A DNA stretch of 46,639 nt from Octopus bimaculoides (taxonomy: Eukaryota): positions 13,514,112 to 13,560,750 of the forward strand of contig NC_068995.1 of NCBI RefSeq assembly GCF_001194135.2, written 5' to 3'. Each line of letters starts with the position of its first letter. The first letter of the stretch is position 1. The notes under the pieces were generated by a model that saw only the letters and a list, made by a program, of their open reading frames with translations, was not told where the DNA came from and made no database searches. The position numbers and the translations under genes are program-made. Shown here one piece after another: positions 37,409 through 44,750 of the stretch.

Positions 37409-40400
37409 GTGTGTGTATTTGTATGTATGTATGTGTGTGTGTATTTGTATGTATGTATGTGTGTGTGTATTTGTATGTATGTATGTGTGTGTGTATTTAT
37501 ATGTATGTATGTGTGTGTGTATTTATATGTATGTATGTGTGTGTGTATTTATATGTATGTATGTGTGTTTGTGTGTATTTATATATGTGTGTGTGTGTGT
37601 GTATTTATATATGTGTGTATGTGTGTGTGTGTGTGTATTTATATATGTGTGCGTGTATTTATATGTGTGCGTGTCTGTGTAGTGTGTATGTTGTGAACAA
37701 ATATCATTCATATCCAATATTCCATGGGGAAATACTGCCTTGCTTGGAAACAGGTAAGTATTGGTACAAAAGGTGTCTGACCCTTTCAAGCATAGAAAAG
37801 TCGTTTGTTAAAATGTCACTGCCAACAACAATGTTGATTTCCTATGAAGCATGAAAGTGATAAGTTGACATCCCTTTGCTATAGAACCAACAGAGATTCC
37901 TTTGTCGTTGTTATGCAAAATATCTAACTGGTGCTATCTGTTAGTACATGTTGAACTTAACATAGAATGGGTCTGTATAGCATCTTAGCTGTAACATGCA
38001 ACCTGCAATGAGAACTTGGGACCAGATCCAATAAAAAACAAGGTAGATTGAGTGAATTGCAAAGAGACAGTCATACTTTATTTTCTCTAGATGCAGAGAG
38101 GGATTGAACTCAGTGCTATAAAGTAACATGGCATTCATCATCAGTGATATTTTGGGCAGTCATTCGCACAATCAGCAGAGCACTGAACGAAATACACTTT
38201 TTTATATGTTCTCTTATGTTCTGAGTTCAAACCCTGTCATGGTCATCCTTGTAGGTTGCTGAAGTACCAGCTGGACACTGGGGTTGATTTATTTCAATGT
38301 ATTCCACACATAAGCACACACTCAAAATATATTTAAAAAAATTAGAGTGGGCTTCAAGTTATGTTAAGAATCATTATTTCACATATGTACTGCTGCTGTT
38401 GTCTACTGCAGTAAACTGTTGCTTACTGCAGTAGGCTGTTGTCTACTGTTGTTTGCTGCAATAATCTTTTGTCTGTTGTAGTAGGTTGTTGTCTGCTGTA
38501 GTAGGTTGTTGTCTACTGCAGAAGGTTGCTGTCTGCTGCAGTAGGCTTTTGTCTGCTGCAGTAGGCTGCTGTCTGCTGCAGTAGGCTGCTGTCTGCTGCA
38601 GTAGGCTGCTGTCTGCTGCAGTAGGCTTTTGTCTGCTGCAGTAAATTATTCTTCCCTTGAAGATCCAGTTTAGTTATTTATACATCTAGGTCAACTGTGT
38701 CATCTGAAAGTTGTGTCATTTTCATATATAGAATAACTAGATATATTCTCCCATCTCTTGACTTGTTTTCCAACATCATATAAATATAATCACTTGCGTT
38801 CTTCTTCAATACAGCTTCTTTCCATGACTGTTCTTCTCCAGCTGAAATTTCTCTTCTTTACCTCTGGTTTGTCTCTTGTTTTGATATTATTTCAATTGAC
38901 TTTTCTTTCAGGTACATTATTTTTAGAATTTTGGAAAAGAAAGCAAGCTGTCATTCAATGGCAATGGAACCTTCATTATCAAGAAGAAGAGGTGCCCCAC
39001 TTTTTTTTTTATTAAATTTCAATAGTATTTTGAAATATTTTATTCATCATCATCATCATCATCATCATCATCGTTTAACGTCCGCTTTCCATGCTAGCAT
39101 GGGTTGGACGATTTGACTGAGGACTGGCAAACCAGATGGCTACACCAGGCTCCAATCTGATTTGGCAGCTTCTGCAGCTGGATGCCCTTCCTAACGCCAA
39201 CCACTCAGAGAGTGTAGTGGGTGCTTTTACGTGCCACCAGCATGAAGGCCAGTCAGGGGGTACTGGCAACGGCCACGCTCGAAATGGTGTATTTTACGTG
39301 CCACTTGCACAAGAACCAGTCCAGCGGGACTGGCAACGAACTTGCTCGAATGTCTTTTCACGTGCCAGGGAGGCGACGTTGGTAACGGTCACGCTCAAAT
39401 GGTGCTATTTACATGCCACCGACACGAAAGCCAGGCAGCTGGTGCTCGGACAGTGCTCTTAGTGAGTTACTGGTACTGGTGCCGATATATTTAATTACCC
39501 TATTAAGTTAGGATTGATCAAAAATATATATTTGCATATTTTAAAAATTAACGCAGACATTAGTTACAAGTAGACATTATAAGAGAGTAGAAAAAGGGGT
39601 GTGCGTGAAAATGACAATGATAAGAATTTGACTAAATAAGGGTTGGCCTCCCACTAATAACTCAGACTGGCAAAAAAGATAGGATCGCAGGATTGAAATT
39701 AAACTGATGGTAGACAGCTGGATTTGGGGATTGAATGAGATAAAAACCTGATCTCATATGAAATATGAACACATCTTTGAGGCTAAATACATTGGGAGTT
39801 CTAGCACTTTAGTTGATTAATGCTTAAACATGTTTATTGGAAGCTTTGGTTCATATTTCACTTATTACTCACATTTTTTTTTCTCTTTTTTTGGATCCTC
39901 TATAATATTTTTCTTGGAGAGAAAGTTTTTTTTTGTTTCTTTTTTGACATTATTTTCCATCTTACTGTTAGTTTTGTTCCTTTTTGAAAAATTAAAATTT
40001 AGTTTATGGTCTGTTATTGTTTATATTTTGAATTACATAAATATTGGGGCGTCAAAATATTTTAAGTACATGGGGCCTCTTATGGGTCTTAATCCAGCCC
40101 TGCTGCAACCTTACAATTATGAGCCCAACAATCTAACCAAAGTCGACCACACCCCTTCAGTAGTTGCATCAATTCAACAAGAATATTCCATCCAAAGTAG
40201 CATGGAACAATGAATATAAAACAACAAGTATTTTGTAAAATTAATTTTTACATGGTTATATTTTCTGATAATGAAAATGTTCAACAAGTATTAAAAAAAA
40301 AGTCTCGATTCCAAGCAAATATTATTTTATAATTTCAGGAACCGCCTCGCCCAGAATATCTTGCTAAGATGGCCAATGATAAAAAATATAGAAGAGATCC

Positions 40401-40636
40401 AATTTCACAGGTAATTAGAGTGCAACTTTTTTTTCTTTTTGCCTTTTTTCTTTAAAGAAAGGATATTTGATTTATGAAAATTTCATCACCTTAATTTTAG
40501 TTGGAAAGTATTAAATAGTGTGACTTGTCTTTACTTTTCTTTTTCCGTATTAATATTGTCATTTCCATCTTTCTATTTCTGTCTTTCTCCTTTCCCCTCT
40601 CTCATTCTCTCTTGGTCTCTTTTTAATCTGTCCTTC

Positions 40637-40668
<32 letters not shown>

Positions 40669-43600
40669 AAACCTTTCTTTCTTTCTTTCTTCAATGGTCT
40701 CTGCTCTATGAAACAACAATATCTGAATTACTAACCTCAAACAATCATCTCTTAAGCAAGTCAGGCAACTACATATGTTTTGTTTTTGCTTTCAAAACTA
40801 GTCTGAGAAAGGAATTCAATGCTCATAGCCCTTGCTCTCCTTCTCAACGAACTTGATGTGTTGATTTTAAGCAACCTCCAGGGACTTGTAATTTTGTACA
40901 GGAAGGAAGAAAGATGTTAAGTTAGAGTCCAGGGCATGAACCACAAATGGAAGGAAAAGTGGAAGAGGAGTGCATGTACATAAAGTGAGTTGAGGTGGAC
41001 CTAAGTAGAAAAATATATGAATCTTGTATGTTATTATTTAGTTCTAGGTTGGCAATAATCAAGCAGATTTATTATCAAAGGAATTCCAGCCATGACCACC
41101 CCATAAATAGTGTATCTAAAACCACATTATCTAATGTGTCTTACAGTTTTTTAAAGACAGGAGGATGTGATGTCTGAGAGTTTTGGGCTGTAGTACTTGT
41201 ATTTCAAAGAACCAACCTTGTCACATTCTTTTGTCATGCTGAATCTCCCTAAGAACTACATTAAAGGTATGTGTGTCTGTAGAATGTTCAACCACTTCTA
41301 TGTTAATTTCATGTGCAGACAATTCTGTTGATCAGATCAAATTGAGCACTCATTGTAACTGACAGAGAGCCAGTTAGTTAGTTACTCTAGGCTGCTTTTT
41401 CTAGCAGATTGAATAATGACATAGAGGCTTCCTCATTGGCTCATAAAAGAAAATGTTGATGGACATGGTAGAACAGACAAAGAGAGGAGATAAAATATGC
41501 TGGAGTAGTAGGGAGGAGCCAGCAGTGGTTGTTTGTTGAAGAATGAAAGCTTGTCTGTTATGCTGATTGCTTTTTTTTTTTACATATAGGACAGAATTTA
41601 GAAGTTTCTTGTTGGCTTGACAACGACTGAGTTTCAGTTATGTGTAAAAACATTTTGCAATATCTTTTTTTTTTTAAATGCAAACCAAACAATTATTAAA
41701 TCTCTTTAAAAATTTGTTTTCTTCTTTTTTGACTATTCTCTTAGATTGATGAACCATACCTCCCATTTTGGACTCGCCAGATACCAGTTATCTGTTTTTC
41801 CTATTCACTTATGCTGTTTATGGTAAGCTCATATAATGTTAACCTTTTTCAAACCAACCAACCTGAAATCACTCCTGGTTCTTTGATACAAAATTCATGT
41901 TTTAAAGTGAATCTTAGTTAAAAAAATTAAATTAAATTAAAAGACTTCATCAAAATTTCATGTTAATTTGTGTTCCAAGCACCAGTTATTTTACTAAAAT
42001 TTTAAATTATTTAAAAAATTAATTGAAACATAGACTGTGTATTTCAACAGGAATATGGTAACAGAAGGATTAAATACTCTCTTTTTTCATATATTGTGTG
42101 GTGGTGGGCCCAGGACAACGGTCCAGTATAGTAATTCACCTATCATTCCCTGAACATGGTTTTAGTGTGTGACAAATATTGATTCTTTTTGTAATATGTT
42201 GTCTCTTATATGCATATAGTCATCATTGTTAACTCTGCTATTCTTACCATGACCACCACAAATACTGCCATCAACACTATTACTAAATGCCATCAGTAAA
42301 TAAAAGAAGTTACCAATTTTAAACTGGTATCAACACATTAAAGTTTCAACATCCAGCAACTGCCTTGGTAGAAATCCATAAGATTATCCACCATCTTTCC
42401 TATAAGTTTGGCCACCTTTTTGAATCCAATACTACAACCACTTGTGGACATCTTTTATCTTTTTCAGTCATTTGACTGCAGCCATACTGGGACACCACCT
42501 TCAAGGGTTTTAGTCAAACAAATTGACCCTAGGACTTGTTAATTTTTGAAGCCTCATACTTATTCTAACAGTCTCTTTTCCAAACCTCTAAGTTGTGGGG
42601 ACGTAAACACACCACCACTGGTTATCAAGTAGTGGTGGGGGACAACACACACACACACATATATAACGAGCTTCTTTCAGTTTCCATCTACCAAATCCAC
42701 TCACAAGGCTTTGGTCAGCCTGAGGCTAGAGTAAAAGACATTTGCCCAAGGTGTCATGCAGTGGGATTTAACCTAGAACCATGTCGTTGGGAAGCAAGCT
42801 TCTTACCACACAACCACAACATGCTTATAAAATCAAAAAACACCATGACTTTCAGAAACATTTTATCTTTCTCAGAATTGTTGAAACCTGGAATAAACTA
42901 CCCATGTCCTAATCAGGGTACTGCATCTCTTAAAACTTCCATGCTTCTCAAAATCCACCAACACTACTAACTATGCTCCCTTATTCTTTAGAACTATTTT
43001 GATGTTCACTTATCTTGATTTTTGTGTTTTATTCTGTGTACTCTGCTTGTACTCCTAGCTTTCATTATTGTCTTTCTTTATTTGACTTCTACGTCTGCTC
43101 TTTGTCTCTCCTTTTAACTGTTTCCAGCAAGTTGTAATGCACCTGAGTATTGTATACAATAAGTTCATTATATTATTTAAAATACTTGACAAAGCTTACA
43201 GCTAAGGTTTAAAGTCCCAGTGCAGTTTAGCAAATAACACTTCACAATATGCAGATTATTCAGAATTCCTGACAAAGGCACCACTGTTTCACCGGACAAA
43301 CCTGTTTAGCAATGGGATAGATAGTATTCTTATATTAAATTATAAATAGTGTTTGTATTAAATCTTAGCAGAGTTTAAACATCCTGGTTTTAAGCTTTAT
43401 CTGATATTTCAGTGTAGAATGTAAAATGTTCACATACCGGTTACGTGATGGCGGTGGCTGTTGTTGTTGTTTTAGTTTCAACACTCAATGTCAGATCAAG
43501 TTACACATCAGCATTATTTAATGATACCTTTTCCCAAAGCTTGCATGGATCAAACGGAATATGTTGGGGTTGAGGCTGATTTTCTATAGCTCACTAGTTT

Positions 43601-43718
43601 CTAAGCAAGGTAATATTTCTCCGTAACTAGTTATGTTTTCCCCTGCAGACTGGAAACAAAATAACCTTGCTTGTATGATGGTGCTCATTTAGAACTATCA
43701 CAAGATGTTTAGACAAGG

Positions 43719-43753
<35 letters not shown>

Positions 43754-44156
43754 CATGATGAGCTTCTTTCAGTTTCCATCTATCAAATTGATTCACAAGG
43801 CTTTCGTTGATCCAAGGCTATAATAGAAGACATTTTTCCCAAGCTTCCATGTAGTGGACAGAAACCAAGACCACATAGTTGAGAAACAAGTTTCTTCGCC
43901 CAACCACGTCTGCACCTTGTTTATCAAACAAATGATATTCCAAAACCGAAATATTTCCTCATCTTTTTTTCTTTTTTCTTTCAAATTTTAGGTTAGCATC
44001 GCGATAGCAGCTGTTTTGGGTGTGATAGCTTTCCGAGTGTCAATGTTGGCAGCCCTTCAGTTACGAGAAGAGAACATCATTTACAAAAATGCTGGTTTAA
44101 TGACAACACTAATTTCTGCTTGCATCAATTTACTCATCATCATGATATTGAACATA
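1265..44156 (+). CDS. ANO: Anoctamin/TMEM16 family gene (ANO1-7-like group), partial; 13 exons in window, N-terminal domain to TM4
   Basis: join(1265-1417,1901-1996,3336-3377,23390-23541,29128-29246,30468-30523,34727-34830,35911-36045,36991-37148,38912-38991,40339-40410,41745-41822,43992-44156) = 1410 nt, one open frame, all GT-AG with matching phases. Family motifs: [66 protein letters not shown]...[18 protein letters not shown]. The paralogue cannot be assigned by eye, so the symbol is family-level only. Confidence 0.95.
1445..1690. repeat. Degenerate (CAC/CAT)n low-complexity tract in intron 1
   Basis: Runs of accaccatc/atcacc; explains the T/P-rich tail of ORF 1274..1699 and the antisense ORF 1444..1686. 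Confidence 0.9.
1901..1996 (+). CDS. ANO: Anoctamin exon 2 (phase 0-0): [32 protein letters not shown]
   Basis: ttattgtttcag|AGT, GAA|gtaaat; 96 nt; KVHAP..VL.RYAE.LKLK.P motif. Confidence 0.93.
2037..2191 (+). mobile_element. SINE family B (tRNA-like head GGCGGCGAGCTGGCAGAA, B-box GAGTTCAAATTCC)
   Basis: Same sequence recurs more than 20 times in the window (e.g. 26197-26655, 12070-15190, reverse at 20297-20676). Confidence 0.8.
2192..2510 (-). mobile_element. Mariner transposon 5' fragment (TIR plus transposase N-terminal HTH)
   Basis: Minus strand starts TA-CAAGGGGATACCCAAAAG; encodes [33 protein letters not shown], typical of the mariner HTH region. Confidence 0.85.
2797..3183 (-). mobile_element. 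SINE family A, near full length
   Basis: Reverse complement of the 28653-29028 copy, with an internal (TA/CA) microsatellite. Confidence 0.85.
3336..3377 (+). CDS. ANO: Short symmetric exon (phase 0-0): [14 protein letters not shown], probable cassette exon
   Basis: ttctgtttctttttaatttttag|ACT acceptor, CAG|gtaata donor; 42 nt, no stop, phase-compatible. No family motif, so support is splice signals and frame only. Confidence 0.65.
3521..3918. repeat. Long inverted repeat (arms 3521-3668 and 3772-3918), probable inverted PLE pseudo-LTR pair
   Basis: Arms are reverse complements over ~148 bp at roughly 90% identity by eye; each carries a hammerhead-like core. Confidence 0.9.
3818..3859 (+). 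ncRNA. Minimal type I hammerhead-ribozyme-like motif, U3-A8 core variant
   Basis: TTGAAAA (3824-3830), stem II AGTC-gcaaa-GACT, GAAA, palindromic stem III ACCGGT, triplet GUU (3851-3853); stem I weak. Confidence 0.5.
3960..4235 (+). mobile_element. SINE family E (tRNA-like head, cacttcattccacattgctccagtcc core)
   Basis: A-box-like TGGCTTAATGG, B-box GGTTCGATTCC; related copies at ~8105-8350, 9035-9135, 29930-30170 and reverse 34330-34565. Confidence 0.7.
4960..5179. repeat. Foldback inverted repeat (core arms 4983-5058 and 5071-5149, 12-nt loop)
   Basis: Arms are reverse complements at about 80% identity by eye; right arm contains CTGAAGA-T-GGGC-ttttac-GCTT-GAAA. Confidence 0.85.
6142..6297 (-). 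mobile_element. RTE-clade LINE ORF2 C-terminal fragment with zinc-finger-like motif
   Basis: WTMAFE...ETKREA...[20 protein letters not shown], resembling the C..C.+.F.SRIGL.SH tail of RTE ORF2. Confidence 0.55.
6453..6545. other. Assembly gap (93 N) in a TA microsatellite
   Basis: N run. Confidence 1.
8605..8920 (-). mobile_element. Bipartite non-autonomous RTE-derived element (5' UTR fused to 3' end)
   Basis: Minus strand begins with RTE-type 5' UTR motifs (ttgtggtgtagtggcttg...gctcttggtagggc...ggggccagac...gggtttgcatagggccaacaccctt) and ends with an ORF2-tail-like [19 protein letters not shown]. Confidence 0.5.
9249..9336 (+). mobile_element. 5'-truncated retroelement tail ending in (GAT)n
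   Basis: About 90 bp nearly identical to 31991-32080 (gttgctatggcattga.gtagatctggccacc...aaaacctggatttaaaacactggatgatgatg). Confidence 0.7.
11123..11395. mobile_element. hAT (Charlie-type) MITE, 11131-11387, with 8-bp TSD
   Basis: TIR CAGTGGTTCTCA / TGAGAACCACTG; perfect TSD ATGTAGAG at 11123-11130 and 11388-11395. Confidence 0.92.
13885..14107. mobile_element. TTAA-flanked MITE family 2 inserted in a SINE
   Basis: TTAA at 13885-88 and 14104-07; termini CCCTTCAGCATT / AATGTTAAAGAG; opposite-orientation copy at ~34935-35160. Confidence 0.8.
14251..14286 (+). CDS. Possible 36-nt symmetric cassette exon: [12 protein letters not shown]
   Basis: ggttgcttttatgtag|GTG...GTG|gtatgc; in frame, no stop; polypyrimidine tract weak. 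Confidence 0.3.
14410..14415 (+). CDS. Candidate 6-nt microexon GCTGAG (Ala-Glu), phase 0-0
   Basis: gtctttttatctttttattttgcatgtag|GCTGAG|gtgagt: long U-rich tract, TGC just upstream of the AG, perfect GTGAGT donor, frame-preserving. Confidence 0.6.
14836..14972. mobile_element. 129-bp TTAA-flanked MITE with ~54-bp TIRs, inserted in a SINE
   Basis: TTAA at 14836-39 and 14969-72; left CCTTTAGCATGCTTAGGCAC...GAGTTTTCTCCC matches the reverse complement of right GGGAGAAAACTC...GTGCCTACAACATGCTAAGGG; the host SINE resumes after the second TTAA. Confidence 0.85.
15720..15950 (+). mobile_element. SINE family C with (GAT)n tail
   Basis: ttggcgttaggaa..gca.ccagctgtagaaac...ccatgc.agc..ggaaagc.ga..ttaaa-(gat)n; reverse copies at 39045-39470, 28060-28400 and 33610-33830. 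Confidence 0.75.
17137..17590 (+). mobile_element. Internally deleted mariner (5' TIR, HTH region, fragment of the DDD region)
   Basis: TA-CAAGGTGATATTAAAAAGTTCC; [22 protein letters not shown]...[14 protein letters not shown]; then [14 protein letters not shown]. Confidence 0.85.
18912..19375 (+). mobile_element. R4/Dong-like non-LTR retrotransposon 3' fragment (restriction-like endonuclease domain plus 3' UTR)
   Basis: [23 protein letters not shown]...LLIDPS...[17 protein letters not shown]...[12 protein letters not shown]...[17 protein letters not shown], with in-frame stops; flanked by (TAA)/(CAA) runs. A further degraded piece [14 protein letters not shown] lies near 19850. Confidence 0.8.
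20297..20676 (-). mobile_element. Two SINE family B copies in reverse orientation
   Basis: Reverse complement of the family B unit, twice. Confidence 0.8.
21176..21426. mobile_element. Mariner (Hsmar1/cecropia-like) MITE with ~90-bp inverted arms, inserted at TA in a reverse SINE B
   Basis: TA-TTGGGTTGGTGTATAAGTATTGCGGC... / ...GCCGCAATAATTATGCACCAACCCAA-TA; interior encodes a mariner C-terminus [20 protein letters not shown] on the minus strand. Confidence 0.9.
21511..21836 (-). mobile_element. SINE family A, reverse, lacking the tRNA head
   Basis: High similarity to the reverse complement of 28740-29028. Confidence 0.85.
22126..22215. repeat. (CA)n microsatellite, ~45 units
   Basis: Uninterrupted CA run; source of the HT/VC ORFs. 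Confidence 0.95.
22760..23173 (-). mobile_element. RTE-clade LINE ORF2 fragment (post-RT region), degraded
   Basis: [49 protein letters not shown], then frameshifts and stops; matches the IW....S..TK.RL....VL.VLLYG.ETW pattern. Confidence 0.82.
23390..23541 (+). CDS. ANO: Anoctamin exon 4 (phase 0-2): VVKGEG...[11 protein letters not shown]
   Basis: long T tract ...ctttggcag|GTT, TT|gtaagt; 152 nt; PFSR.K motif. Confidence 0.92.
23566..23930 (+). mobile_element. Possible Helitron/HINE-like element 5' part
   Basis: Starts ACTAGCAGAGATACCCGGCATTGCCCG, resembling HINE 5' ends; 3' boundary not defined. Confidence 0.35.
24137..25004. other. Assembly gap (868 N)
   Basis: N run; exons 4 and 5 join in frame across it with no missing conserved segment. 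Confidence 1.
25242..25508. mobile_element. hAT-type MITE with internal GACTC(C/T) subrepeats
   Basis: TIR CAGGGCTGTGGAGT / ACTCCACAGCCCTG; flanks acacacac / acacacat (7/8 TSD match, within a CA tract). Confidence 0.8.
26150..26765. mobile_element. Inverted-repeat DNA element interrupted by two tandem SINE B copies (26197-26655) bounded by a 17-bp direct repeat
   Basis: Arms aaggctgtcttaatctccaact...ttagaacacagaatatt / agtattccgtgttctaa...agttggagatcaagattgcctt; direct repeat aatattactttatttac at 26179-26195 and 26654-26670. Confidence 0.75.
26365..26374. other. Assembly gap (10 N), probably a false gap
   Basis: ttaatcaac is duplicated on both sides of the Ns. Confidence 0.85.
28653..29028 (+). 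mobile_element. SINE family A, full length, tRNA-like head
   Basis: GGCGCAGGAGCGGCTGTGTGG (A-box-like), GGTTCAGTCC (B-box-like, 28706-28715), internal (TA)n, tail gtaaaaga; other copies at 35460-35803 (+), 37215-37366 (+), 42451-42824 (-), 43760-43915 (-), 26950-27100 (-). Confidence 0.88.
29128..29246 (+). CDS. ANO: Anoctamin exon 5 (phase 2-1): [40 protein letters not shown]
   Basis: ttttattttccag|A, G|gtaaat; 119 nt; F....R.RIV.YIL.R motif. Confidence 0.95.
30468..30523 (+). CDS. ANO: Anoctamin exon 6 (phase 1-0): [18 protein letters not shown]
   Basis: tcttctctcttgcag|GT, GAA|gtaagt; 56 nt; AFPLH motif. Confidence 0.95.
31303..31522. other. Assembly gap (220 N) between (ATT)n and (TA)n
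   Basis: N run; exons 6 and 7 join in frame across it. Confidence 1.
32595..33220 (+). repeat. Tandem cluster of three diverged copies of interspersed family F (gacctgctagaaatagcaaccaaat...gggtggtca.agttggaat)
   Basis: Unit recurs at 35255-35420 and in reverse at ~10500-10770, 16030-16190 and 17590-17870. Confidence 0.65.
34727..34830 (+). CDS. ANO: Anoctamin exon 7 (phase 0-2): [35 protein letters not shown]
   Basis: ttttgttccag|GGC, AA|gtaagt; 104 nt; R..LY..W.......K.QPL motif. Confidence 0.95.
35911..36045 (+). CDS. ANO: Anoctamin exon 8 (phase 2-2), TM1: [28 protein letters not shown]...
   Basis: tttctgttttcag|A, AG|gtaaaa; 135 nt; YFGEK.G.YFAWLG signature. Confidence 0.97.
36991..37148 (+). 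CDS. ANO: Anoctamin exon 9 (phase 2-1), Cys-rich extracellular loop and start of TM2: [28 protein letters not shown]...[15 protein letters not shown]
   Basis: T-run ccag|T, G|gtaagt; 158 nt; conserved loop cysteines; N-X-S/T sequons NIT and NLS. Confidence 0.97.
37368..37690. repeat. Compound (TA)/(TGTA)/(TG) microsatellite
   Basis: Repeated gtatgtatgtgtgtgtgtattt units; source of the VCMY ORFs. Confidence 0.95.
38391..38644. repeat. 20-bp minisatellite (GTCTGCTGCAGTAGGCTGCT), ~12 units
   Basis: Visible 20-nt periodicity, more homogeneous toward the 3' end. Confidence 0.9.
38912..38991 (+). CDS. ANO: Anoctamin exon 10 (phase 1-0): [26 protein letters not shown]
   Basis: cttttctttcag|GT; donor GAG|gtgccc is weak but required for the in-frame join to EPPRPEY; 80 nt. 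Confidence 0.92.
39045..39470 (-). mobile_element. SINE family C, reverse, with internal tandem subrepeats
   Basis: (CAT)n tail, then cgtttaacgtccgctttccatgctagcatgggttgg...; about three repeats of actggcaacggccacgctcgaaatggtg..ttttacgtgccac. Confidence 0.8.
40339..40410 (+). CDS. ANO: Anoctamin exon 11 (phase 0-0): [24 protein letters not shown]
   Basis: ttttataatttcag|GAA, CAG|gtaatt; 72 nt; RPEY motif. Confidence 0.93.
41745..41822 (+). CDS. ANO: Anoctamin exon 12 (phase 0-0), start of TM3: [26 protein letters not shown]
   Basis: ctattctcttag|ATT, ATG|gtaagc; 78 nt; EPY.P motif. Confidence 0.92.
41839..42073. mobile_element. Diverged TTAA MITE family 1 copy immediately downstream of the exon 12 donor
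   Basis: TTAA at 41839-42 and 42070-73; internal similarity to 782-1003. Confidence 0.65.
43992..44156 (+). CDS. ANO: Anoctamin exon 13 (phase 0-0), TM3-TM4: [17 protein letters not shown]...[14 protein letters not shown]
   Basis: ttctttcaaattttag|GTT, ATA|gtaagt; 165 nt; GVI..R and INL.II..L motifs. Confidence 0.94.
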
Positions 44157-44429
44157 GTAAGTATAACATCAGTCTTCTACTTCAGCATCACAACTCACCT
44201 GTAGTACAAGCAGAGTCTTTGATTGATTGCTGATGCATGATATTACAGATGAATCCATGATAAGCATAAGGGAGGCTCTCTATGGTTTCTCTATTGATGT
44301 ATATTTTTAATGGCTTTATCAGAAGAAAGAAAGAAAGAAAGAAAGAAACCAGAACTCATAGCTTTCCCTAGTTCAGAGACTTGGTTCTGATATTCACAAC
44401 AGATTAGACTCCACTAATGTCACCCAAGG

Positions 44430-44750
44430 GCTAGAGGTTGTGTATAAATCTTATAAACATTAAATACCAAGCATTACAAACCCCAAGATTCCAAGTTCGA
44501 TTCCAAGCAGTGACCTGAACAACAACAACAACAACAACAACAATAATAATAATAATAATGATAATAATAACATTGAAAAATACTTTAGGAATGAGAACCC
44601 AAGTTTGAAATTTCCCCCAAGACACCTGATGATGGCTGGAGGGTATATCAGCCGAAACATTGTGTTAACAACAAACAAGACGAGGACAAATATCCATCAA
44701 ATGTAAATAATGTACATAATTCCTCATCTCTTAAATATAGAACTGTATGA
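44430..44750 (+). mobile_element. Short non-coding interspersed element carrying a hammerhead core (PLE/retrozyme-like)
   Basis: B-box-like GTTCGATTCC (44495-44504), (CAA)/(TAA) spacer, hammerhead core at 44621-44666, AT-rich tail. Confidence 0.55.
44621..44666 (+). ncRNA. Minimal type I hammerhead ribozyme motif, probably inactivated by one substitution
   Basis: Stem I GACAC/GTGTT; core CTGATGA (44626-32) plus an extra T; stem II GGCTG-gagggtatat-CAGCC; GAAA; then C-A-T-T where the palindromic ACGT and a GUU triplet would be expected. Confidence 0.7.

Noticed and set aside
37210-37854. 214-aa Cys/Val-rich ORF and overlapping ORFs
   Set aside because: Translation of a SINE head plus compound TG/TA microsatellite.
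40902-40984. Cassette exon with a GTGAGT donor in intron 11 (near the ANO1 segment d position)
   Set aside because: 83 nt, not a multiple of 3, with an in-frame TAG; weak acceptor.
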